Assembly: GCA_000708835.1 (NCBI GenBank)
Contig: DF237718.1
Span: 1-35,028, forward strand
DNA length: 35,028 nt
DNA from: Klebsormidium nitens
Taxonomy: Eukaryota; Plantae; Klebsormidiophyceae
Direction of reading: 5' to 3'
The translations under genes were made by a program, and so were the position numbers. Below the pieces are notes generated by a model, which made no database searches, was not told the DNA's origin, and was given only the letters and a program-made list of their open reading frames with translations. This document shows positions 1-9,905 of the stretch, piece by piece. Numbering within the stretch: position 1 is the stretch's first letter; every line of letters starts with the position of its first letter.

Positions 1-1418
1 AACGGCGGTTTCGACCTGGCCTCACAGATTATACTAAAGATGAGCCATAGAAAGAAAGACCGCCGAGATCAGAGGAGTAATGCTTCAATTTTTGGATTTA
101 TAAGCTCAAATTTCCATGACTTGGAAGCATGCGCCTTCGGACCGTAATTTGAAGTTCCGGTGGCCGTTGGCGAGAATGACAGCCGGTTTGCCCCAAGTTA
201 TACCCCCGGTGGTGGTTGAAGTGCAGATCTAGGCAGCTGAAGCATTTTGTTTTTTGCGCAGTGCTCAAGATTCTTCAGGTTGCGCTGATTCTTCAAAGAT
301 GGGTCTTCCTCCTCTGCAAAACCAGGGATGCTCTTCTTTAGCTGATCAGCTTGTCAGGCATTCATGCCGCCACATTGGAAGCTCTCCTTCAGCAGAATAG
401 GCCTGATGAGCAAGTGAGGGGGCGTTCCTTGTCTCGAAGCAGCAGTCCGCTGAAAAGCTGGTCAGCATTCTGCTTCTTTTTGTTTATGGTGTTGCATCTT
501 TTTTTCTTGGGCTGACAGGCCAACAGGCGACGCAGCATGTAATAGCATTTGTAGCAAAAAAACCTTCTCTCAAGCTTCACAAGCTCTGAAAATGGATCCA
601 CGGACTACGCCCCATTCCAAAGCAGTCATTCCAAGCCGCATATGCAGCCAAGCAAGCGTTCTGCAAAAGTTTGGCCAGGGGAACTGGCATTGGCAGACGT
701 GCTGCGCTTGGAGATTGAATCTTTTACTGCTAAGGACGATGCGAAAGCACATGCATAGCGCTCTTAAAAAGCGATTGAAGCGTGTAGGAGACAGTGAAGG
801 CGCAGAAAACCGTAAAGCCTTTGAAATGGGGAGAGGCCTGCAAAAGATCGTGAAGAAGACATGGCAGATGGCTTTCATGCTATTGTGAAGGATGCCGTGC
901 TTTGTTTAAATGATGCTGGCATGTCAGATTACGAGAAGCGCATCGCTGAGCAACTGAAGAATCTTCATGCAGTGCACGGAACATGCAGGATCAGATGAAC
1001 CAGAAGCATGAGCAAACCGGTGAGCAGCAGCTTTTGACTGGTATATGCTAAGCTCTGATGAGTGAAAATCTTCTCCTGGCATTAGCGTTGTACTGAGATT
1101 GTATCTCTCAGAAGATCGACATGCTCAAAGAATGGCTTTTGCAGCGAAAAGAATCAGCATGATCTCAGAGATGCTGAGTGGCAATGTTGCATGTGGATCA
1201 AATGTGGGACAGTCAAACTATAGTGTTGAAGCACTATAAGAAGGCGGTGAGCATGACTGACAGCATATTGGAATCATCCTTGCTTAACTCGTCAGTTGTT
1301 TAATTGCAAAAGCAGAAAGACAAGCTTGGTCTTGTGTTCATCTCACTAGTAGGATTCAACTATGTACGCTGTATGCTCAAGCGGAGTGTTGAAGATATAT
1401 TGCAAACCTGGCTTTCAG

Positions 1419-3279
1419 CTGCTGCACCTGATGCAATGCCAAGAGCTGCCCCTGCTGGCAGACCTGCTGCAAATGCTGGGAAGCGCCAGTCCCAATCAGT
1501 TCCTAGAGCTGATCGTGCTAATCCAGGTGAGCAATGCTCATTTCAACCAGCGACGCTCCAACATCGCCACCGGGTTTCGGGAGAAGCTCTACGAGCTGGT
1601 CGGGCATTCACGCCTCTCGAGCACGGCTCACCGGGCCGACGTCCCGGCTAGAGTGGCAGCACTTGCCGAGCTTGCGGCGAGTAAGTCGTGACAGGCATCT
1701 CTAAGGATTGCCCCCGTTTCATCAAACCTCTATTTTCAGAAGCTGACACTGTGAGTTTGCAAAAGTGCTTGAAAGCTTTTCCCGAGTAACAGTACTGTTC
1801 GGTTGGTCTAACTCTTTTGCTTTGTGGTCAGTAACCTGGATACATCAAACAACTCCGCCTGCCAAGGTCACCTTGTAATCAGACCAAATCTTCGTTCTTA
1901 AGTTTGGAGTGCCTTTCAACTTACCTATCCTCTAGTCCAGCCTGTGCACATGCCAAATATTCGATTGTCGTTGGCATCATCAATCTGTTGAATGCTCTTG
2001 GCTTCCGCAGGCAAAACGTGGCTGCGTGGCGGATGAAACTCCGACTCCGTGACCAACGACTACAAAGCGACGTCATCTACAAGGCCGCTGCTGTTGCATT
2101 AGGCGACAAAAACGCTTCACTCGCTGAGCCGCTCGGTGTCCGGACCGACATGTCGGCGTTCATCACCCATGTGGTGAGTTTCCAAGCTTCGTTGGAAGAT
2201 TAGGCTGAAAAGTCAGAAGCAGTAGGGAACATGGCAGACTGTGGATGATCTTGGCCCTGATTTCATACGCTTGATAGATGCCTCTTCCGAGAATGGGAAG
2301 GATCCCGCCTGTCCGTTTGACAAATGCAAGCTGCTCAATGGTTGACCCGTCCTTTGACCGGATTGACAGTCTGCTTCCACACCAGATTTGTAACTGCTGA
2401 TGTGCATTGTTGGTCGACCTCGGTGCCACGGCCGTCCTTTTTTCCTACATAGAAATCCGGCGTGTCTCCTTCAAATCGGAACCGGATTCAGAGAAGCTTT
2501 TTCAAGAACATGAGTTGCGGCAGAGATCCAGACTGTTGCTCAGCTTCCGTGCGTCTTTGGCCTTGTGATAGGCCGGGAATCTTTTGCAAATTTCCGCGTA
2601 GTCTGGGCCACTCCAGGCCCTGTCTGCCAGCAACGTTCGACATCAATTTTCTAACGTACCCCATGTGCTTCAGTGTTCTCCTTGAAGATTAAACTGGGAG
2701 TCCTCTTGAAGCTTTCTCAGAGGTTCTTTTTCGCTCTCCGTCCAGGAATGTTGCTTTACCGAAACATATGTTGACGTGCTCTCCTTTCTTTCCATCCAGG
2801 TTTTGAGTTCTGAGAAAAATCTCTGCCTAGCCCGCAAACTTCGCCCTACCTTTATGCAGGTTGCCGATTCTTAGTAGAAAATGGGAGTACAATTGTGTGC
2901 TTGCGCAACAGCAAATCGGCCTTTACTGGCTCCGGTCTTCTCGTTCTTGCAATGACTCTACGAGATTACCCTTCCCTGCCGACTTGATTGCTAACATCTT
3001 ATCGAATCCTTTCAGGGCGACCAGGGCCTCTTGGACAAGACGCTCAGCAGTACGCACGTCCATCAGGACCGCAACAAGATCGAAGACCTGGCCCGGCACA
3101 TCTGGCAGCTGCATCTGGACGGCCACCTGCCGAACGACAAGTTCGAGGTCGTGCCCCACCGGAAACCCCCCCCGGCAGCCGACGAGAATCTGATTCACAC
3201 CTTCCGCCTCCAAGGGCCGGACGAGGACGTGTACCGTAAGATAGCGAAGGACTACGGGTCCTTCTTGAGACACCTAAAG
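1419..3279 (+). CDS. Partial spliced gene, unknown protein (internal exons; start and end not resolved)
   Basis: Phase-compatible candidate exons: 1419-1680 (LLHLMQCQ...AELAA, donor gtaagt), 1941-2173 (..CAHAKYS...FITHV, donor gtgagt) and 3016-3279 (GDQGLLDK...SFLRHLK, ttcag acceptor, gtgcgt donor, strongly GC3-biased codons). No family recognised. The 3016-3279 exon is much better supported than the exon joins. Confidence 0.5.
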
Positions 3280-3379
3280 GTGCGTGACCTCATGGAAGAG
3301 ACCTTTCATGCTACACTTGTGGTTTTGGTTCGAGAAACTAATGGGTTTGGAAACGAAGCGCTGCCAAAGTTGGTGAGGA

Positions 3380-4262
3380 TGTTGGACCGGGGGAAGGGGG
3401 TCGGGAAACGAGTGCTGGACTCACGACGTCGAGGTGAGGGATTCGAATTGTTTGAGACGTGCTCTGATTCAAATTCGGGTTTGCTCTGAGATGCTTCGTC
3501 TTCTGCAAACCACGCACTAAGGAATCTGCGGACTAGCTGGACATTTGAACGTGGGCGACGGGGAGCGGTTGCTGGACGACGTCGACGCAAGGGGTTTGAT
3601 GTTGGGTTCTACAGGTTCGGGGTTCGGGTTCGGATTAACCAGATCTTTGCTTTTGCGTTTGTCGAGTGCGGTGGACTGGGCTACAAGCGACGTGGAGCGG
3701 TTGCTGGACGACTCCGAGGTGAGGGGTTCGACAGTGGGTTCAACGACGACGGACTTGGGTTCAGACTTCAGGCCTGATTTGAGTTGCCTAGTCTTTCAAA
3801 ATACGGGTTGTGGAAGCTTGAGAGTATGCTGGAGTGGGGGGCGAGAGACGTGGAGCGATTGCTCGAGGTAAGGATTATCAGTTCAGGTTCGAAGACGGGC
3901 TCGCAATCGGGATTAGATTTGGGTTAAGGTGCTTTTAATGACGAGTTCGGGTCGCAGAAGCTGGAGAGTACGCTGGACTGAAAGGCGGGCGACGGTGGAG
4001 CAATTGCTCTACGACGGAGGAGAGGGCTCTCGGAGGGTTCGGGTCCGGTTCGATGTTCGTTTCACGATTGACGCGGGTGGATGCTGAAGATTCAATCTGT
4101 TGGACTGGGGGAACGGGGACGTGAAGTGCTGGACGAAGCCCAGGTGAGGGGTATGAGTCTGGATGAACTACGGGTTAGGGTTTCCGCTTCGCTCTGAGAC
4201 CAGGTACGTCCAGTAATATTGGCATTCTCAAAAGTTCTGGATTGGGAAGGGCGACTTGAAGC
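3380..4262 (+). repeat. Degenerate ~125-155 bp tandem array, each unit carrying a splice-donor-like motif
   Basis: Recurring ...ctggac...gacgtggagcggttgctggacgac..gag|gtgagggg. Donor-equivalent positions are 3434, 3587, 3719, 3868, 4020 and 4144. Confidence 0.8.
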
Positions 4263-4357
4263 GACGCCGATCTTTCCAGTCAGCTTTCTGCATCGCGGTG
4301 CATGATCATGGTTTTCGAAACGCTAACCCTGCTGTTGCTTCTCGCTCGCTAGTGCAG

Positions 4358-4465
4358 TTCGTGGTCTGAGCCGGGGAGACGCCCGACATCCGAGCGAAGG
4401 AGTGGAACGACATCTTGACAAGGTCGTCCGGTGTTTACTGCTGCACGAGGCCTGATTTGCGATGA
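4358..4465 (+). pseudogene. Possible further exon of the 1.4-3.3 kb gene, with an in-frame TGA
   Basis: Pyrimidine tract plus gcag acceptor, phase 0. Reads FVV*AGETPDIRAKEWNDILTR...* with GC3-rich codons after the TGA at 4367-4369. Confidence 0.25.
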
Positions 4466-4817
4466 GGTCAATGGTGAGAGTTGGAACCGAGAGTAGGCTA
4501 ACCGATCAAGCACAAGGTTTTGTCAACAGCTCGTTGACAGACACCGAACCACCGCTTCTAAGCTAATAGGACATGTGCTACTAGTACCGTACTGTGCTGC
4601 GCAAAGGTGAACCGACTGACTGCCGTTGATTCCTTTCTTGTGACATTGACCAGAAAACGGTGTTCAGGTTGAACATAGGAGCCAAGGAAATCAATACTCG
4701 AGTGGATTGGCAACGAGCATCGAATTAGCCACTGAATGGATGCCACGCGCATACCGGCGAGCCTGCAAATAAGCGCCGTTAGTACTGTATGCATCAGCTT
4801 TGAACCGAGTGGCTTCC

Positions 4818-4892
4818 GTATGGAATCCGCATGGACACAGCATGGTATTTGCATGGAATCCGCACAGCATGGTTTCCATGCGGCATCCATGT
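4818..4892. repeat. CATGG/CCATG-rich short direct repeats
   Basis: atggaatccgcatggacacagcatggt and atggaatccgcacagcatggt, with the CATG core recurring at roughly 11-bp steps. Confidence 0.55.
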
Positions 4893-5545
4893 GCGTGGAT
4901 CCCGTTTGGGTTCCATTTGGGAGTCTGCCCGTGCACCATATGGGGCCAATGGACGTGGCATCCATTCAAGTCCCAAGGGATACCCTTGGTGGCTAAGACA
5001 TGCGAATCATGGATCTCGCTTGGTTCCCATACGGATTCATGGGGGGGCTGGTTTGTGATGAAACGGCCACGAAAGTTGCCTTGAATCGGCTGCGGAACAT
5101 TGTCCAGGGTGATTGTGCTCAGCTCCGACTTTCATGATTGTTTGGCATCGTTTGTCCTCAAATCGAGCGTCTTGAATCAGCTGAGAAGACGAAGTAAACA
5201 AGCCGTGAGACGGCGAGTCCGAAACGGTCATTCTGTGCCACCCGGCCTGAGTCCCGGCAAGTCCTAGTCCGGGAAAGCGCAATCCGTAGTGTTCTCAGCA
5301 TTCGTTACGGGGACTGCCAAGGCCTCAGATTCCCCCGCCCGTTCCTGTTGTCATCTTACAGCATGTCCAAAGAACGATTTCCGGGGACCGCTTCCCTGGC
5401 TATATATCTCCACGGCCCCCGGGGAGGTACATTGACATGTACATGACTGTACATCTAATAGGCAATGCATGCACCGTCCAGATTAGCCGTCCGTTATACA
5501 TCAATGTAAATGAAAGGCATGCGGCAAACTAGATTGTCTAGCTAG

Positions 5546-5860
5546 TTACTCTCTGGAAGGACCCGCTTGGATTAGACAAAGAGAAGTATGGAATGACGAA
5601 CTTTCAAGTCCTTCGGAACCATGTGATTGAGCTGCAGGTTAGTACTAGATTCGGAATGAGCGCTCAGCAAATGCTATCGCACTAGAGTGACTCAGTAGCC
5701 AACATTGCAGTAGCCAACTTTGCACAGATATAAACAAAAGCATGTGCCCCTAGCCTGCAGATTCTTATATACATTCGCGAGACGTACAGGATCATCTGCG
5801 CAGACTTCGTGCCGTCGGTATTGTGGTAGATCGGACAATTATCCGTCTTCTGCTACAACC
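5546..5860 (+). pseudogene. Exon-like fragments, possibly a pogo/CENP-B-type HTH transposase remnant
   Basis: AG..GT-bounded segments 5546-5637 (TLWKDPLGLDKEKYGMTNFQVLRNHVIELQ) and 5761-5860 (SRDVQDHLRRLRAVGIVVDRTIIRLLLQ). The second loosely resembles CENP-B/Tc5 HTH helices. The phases do not join and no DDE motif was found. Confidence 0.2.
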
Positions 5861-7884
5861 GTAACCAAATCAAATCCTTCGAGTCAACTTTGAAATTCCA
5901 ACTCAGTTACGTCGTTCAGGTGCTTTCCATGACAATTTACCAAGTTCATCTGTCATGGTCACGCCGCCTGCGAGAGGGACTGGAGGTCCATGCGCAAATG
6001 CTTGACGGATAAGCGGTTCACCTCAGCCATGCGAGCAGGTATTAAGATGTATATGCATGGTGGGTCGCGTGCCGTAGCAAATGAGACACAGCAACCATGC
6101 TGTTTGGCCTTGTGCGCTGCCCTTCATGCAAGCCCTATTTCATTGCAAGCCCTCAAACACGTACACCTTTAGGGTGATTAGGAGCAAGAACATTGTGGTC
6201 GAGGATAAAGTAAGGCGCGCGGCTTTGGCGCCGTGGAATATCTGCACATCAGGCCAGCGCATCTTCTGATGCGCAAGAATTCGCAACAGCTAGCCACACA
6301 ACAGGCGAGTCTGGTAACTCTGGTGTACCCTAAGCGCGGTGTGAACGCGCACGTTTTGTATAGTGGCGCTCGGGAAAGTTGCAGGGCAGCACTAAAACTG
6401 TCTGATAGATAGTATCCGACAGCGCGCGCTTCCTACTGTAGTACTACGACCCGGGACGATGATTGGTCAAGACTCACCTTTGTAACGTACTTACATCTGG
6501 CTCGTCGAGAAGCTTCTGCTCCGATTGTTAGGTGATGGCAATTCGATTTCGGCGGTTGCCCGCCAAAACCGACCACTTCAGTCTTCAGCAAAGCCACGGC
6601 GATTGTGAGTGTTTCACTTTCTTTCGAGAAGAGGAGTTTGCGGCGGTCAAGGCTGAGCTTACAGGTATGGACGTCTGCGAGCACCTTTCTGCGAAGCATT
6701 CTTGCGGCAGCTTTCTGAACGAAGCCTGATCGATGCAAGGGAAAAGTTTGGATCATGCATTGATCAGGTATCAGGATTGTTGACAGCAGGGACTTCGATT
6801 TGTCTGAGGGTGAAGTTCTGAACGATATCCTCGTTGTGCAGAACGCATCACAGCGGAGGACAAGCCGCAGATCTGGTCAGTCCTTCCCCTATGGAGAGTT
6901 TTCCAGCAGCTTTTAGCGTTCAATTGAGGCTGCAGGCTTCAAAATGGCAGGACTACTAGAAGATCAAGCAGATTTCACCTCAAAAGCTTGAGCTTAGTGT
7001 TCCTGTTAGATCCAGCTTTTCCCTTGGCAGATTGGTAGTCACGATTCCTCTCAGTCCGAGTTGCTTTTTGAATGCCAGATCTCAATTCAGTCTTAATATA
7101 GCGAATTCTGCATGAATTAAACGGGTGCATGGTGCATGGTGCATGGTACTTCTGGAGAGAGGACAAGTTAGCATAAAGGATCCACCTTCCAACCTTGATT
7201 ATGGACTTGCAAGTAGCACTGATTTGTTGCTTCATTAAGGCTGATTTCATGCTTTTTTCTGTCTTTGTATGAATATGTATTTCGCGGTGACAGAGGCCAG
7301 AGAGGTTATTGTTTTCAATGTATCAGCAGCGCTCTGCTCAGATGACTGCTCGGCAGTCCTGTTAACTATTCTGAATTCACGCTCAATCGAGTCTCTGATG
7401 TAAAACCTTGCAGATTCTGGTAGGTAGAGGAAAGTCCTTGACGATTTTACTGCGCATTTGTTTTTAAGTTTTGTGATTTGTTTTTTTGGTCTAGACTGTT
7501 AACCATCGAGTCTGCAAGGCAGAATTCTTGTCGGGGTACGCTGCTGAGAAAAGTTAGGAGCTTACTGGACTGTAGCCTTTGTGCAACCCTTCGGTCTTGC
7601 GCGTCTAAGCAAACCTGTCCTCGTCCTTTTCTCCTTCTTCGTCACTTCCTGTGTTTACTTTATGCAAAGCCGCACCGCACCTCTTCCCAAATGTGGCTCC
7701 TTCATCCTGATTCTGAGCCGCCGCTTGCTGTCCTGGAGTCAAACGCTCAAAATGCTGAAAGTGGAAGCGTTTTTGTCCTACCATCTTATCGAGTCTTGAG
7801 TCTTAGACATATACTCTGCTTTACAGCGAATAAACGTTGTCGGATAAATCGCATACGCACTCTTGCTATCACAAGTAGATCGCA

Positions 7885-8733
7885 ATGGCTTCTCAGGTCG
7901 CCCACATCCAATACGCACCGCCAAGTCCGTTTACTCAGGAGGCCGATGCTGGCTTCCGGAAAGTCCCCCTGGCCGCACCCCCCTTCCCGCTCCGACCCCG
8001 CCACCGCCTGCCCCGGGTGAGTGGACTGCTTTAGACCGCTTTTTGAGTTTCGCGCATGACGTCATGCATTGAATGCCCAAAGATTTCGAAGTCAATGCAA
8101 AGCATGCAGATCCTGTTCAATGATGTTGCCCATCCCGCAACGGCTTCTCTTATCTGCTCATTTGTGAGTAAAAGGAATCTAAGCGCGCTTTCGCGGTGCA
8201 GGGCCCTTTGATCGGCTTTGTCTGCCAGTCACAAAGTCTTTTAAACGGCCCGAATCTCAACTTCGAAACTTCGGCTGCTCGATGCATGGTGCTTTAGGTT
8301 CTATGTTTCTGGTTCATCCAACATTACGTGCCGATGCCAGCTCGCGCAATCCGCGGACTTTCCGCAACAGGCGCCCTAGCCTACTCTAGCATCCTATAGA
8401 GGAGCCTAACCTGAAACCTTTTCTGTATCACTAACCAACTCTTTTGCCAACTCTTCAATACAGGTTCGAGGCCCAAGGGCCAAATTGACTGCCGAAGAAG
8501 AGGAGGAGAGAAAGAGCTTGCGAAAGCAGCTCCCGAGTCTCCGGCGTGCCGGAGCAGCAGGCGCGCTCTTAGGCGTGGGGGCAGGGGTTACAGCGACGGT
8601 CTTCGGGAAACAAGCAGTAAATATGACCATCATGTATCTAATGTTCGTTCTTGCCTCCAGCTCCACGGATATTCTGATGATGGTCGGGAAAGAGAAACGG
8701 TTGCTAGAGCTCGAAAACAAGAAGCGCAAGTGA
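7885..8733 (+). CDS. Small 133-aa putative membrane protein, 2 exons (7885-8016, 8464-8733)
   Basis: gcaATGG start, phase-0 intron gtgagt...atacag, TGA at 8731-8733. Pro/Arg-rich N-terminus, acidic EEEEE, two hydrophobic stretches (AGAAGALLGVGAGVTATVFG; AVNMTIMYLMFVLA) and a basic KKRK end. Confidence 0.7.
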
Positions 8734-9364
8734 TGCGCTTGAAAAATTGACACCTGAGTCGACCGCCTCTCTTGGACTTTGACTTTGACAGTGCTCCAAT
8801 GAATTGGTACCAATGTTTTGGAAAGCACCATGTTGCGCTGTGAACAAAGTTCATGATCATGTGAATCTGACATCAATAAACATGCTTAGGACCGTTTTGA
8901 CTAGCACCGCGAGTTGCGCGCGCTGTCGACTGTCCTTGTCGACCATGATCCATTACATAATCCATCGACCAACCGTACCATGACAATATCTGCATCTTCT
9001 AAAATGGCCCTACCGAATCGTAGGCGCAGCGGGCGCTTCAGTACCACCGCAGGCCAACCCGATTTATCACGCACTTTTGCAGTGTCGCATGCGAGAATAG
9101 ATCGATGTGCAATCGACTATATCTTAGTCAATTAAGTCTGCCGTCACATGCACAGCTTAGCGGCCGCCGACAATAAGTGCTGAATTTACACATACTTCCG
9201 AGGACCGTCGTGTCGACTTGACCCGGTAATATGTGAAGCCTTCCCTTGCATATGTATGCATCTGTGTTTGACTCAAGCATACGCCATTCGACGTTATCCG
9301 ATCCAACGTATGTAGATATGGCTAGTGCAGGCTGACTTAGTGTCTGGTTGAACACGTATGTCCT

Positions 9365-9396
9365 GCTCTGCAGTGAGGAGCTCTGCAGTGAGGAGC
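9365..9396 (+). repeat. Perfect 15-bp tandem duplication
   Basis: gctctgcagtgagga x2 followed by gc. Confidence 0.9.
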
Positions 9397-9619
9397 GCGC
9401 CCGAGCACACAAAAATCTGTTCCGTATCTAAAGTTTCGTACTTTCCCCTGAACTGCAATGTCAAAGGGCTATGAATTCTAGGAGTGCGGAAGCACCCAGC
9501 ACCCTCGGAGAACCGTCCTCAATTTTAATCGAACCTTCTCTTAGACCGCCTGTCTATCTCAAGTCTCAGAGATTCAAGCGCACGTCGAACCGCCCATCTC
9601 TACACGCTGAAGTCCATGC

Positions 9620-9905
9620 GCTTCGTTACTAATCCTCTACTCTTCAAGGTGCAAACACCCCACTTTACATCCTCCATTCTTACCGCTTGTACTTCCAGAT
9701 CGACACACAACCCTCAAAACCGATCTCAAACTTTACTGCCGAGGTCCTTCCACACATATTTACTCTTCGCAAGGCCCCCCGCACTTCCTCAGGTCATTCT
9801 GGGCTCCTCCAAAACCAGTCTCGAACTTACTGCCAAGTTCCTCCACACACATTTACTCTCCGCAATTCCTCCCCACTTCCTCAGGTCATTTTGAGCTCCT
9901 CGGTG
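9620..9905 (-). repeat. Degenerate ~92-124 bp repeats spanning the HSD stop codon and 3' UTR
   Basis: cacttcctcaggtcattttgagctcctc (9874-9901) is echoed as cacttcctcaggtcattctgggctcctc (9782-9809). The actct(t/c)..caa motif recurs near 9638, 9762 and 9856. Confidence 0.75.

Noticed and set aside
592-1300. Upstream exons or ORFs for the first gene
   Set aside because: The text is protein-like but broken by stops in all frames, and no phase-consistent exon chain to 1419 could be built.
3306-3871. Ser/Pro-rich or antisense ORFs as a low-complexity protein
   Set aside because: The frames break with stops and shifts, and are explained by the ~150-bp tandem array.
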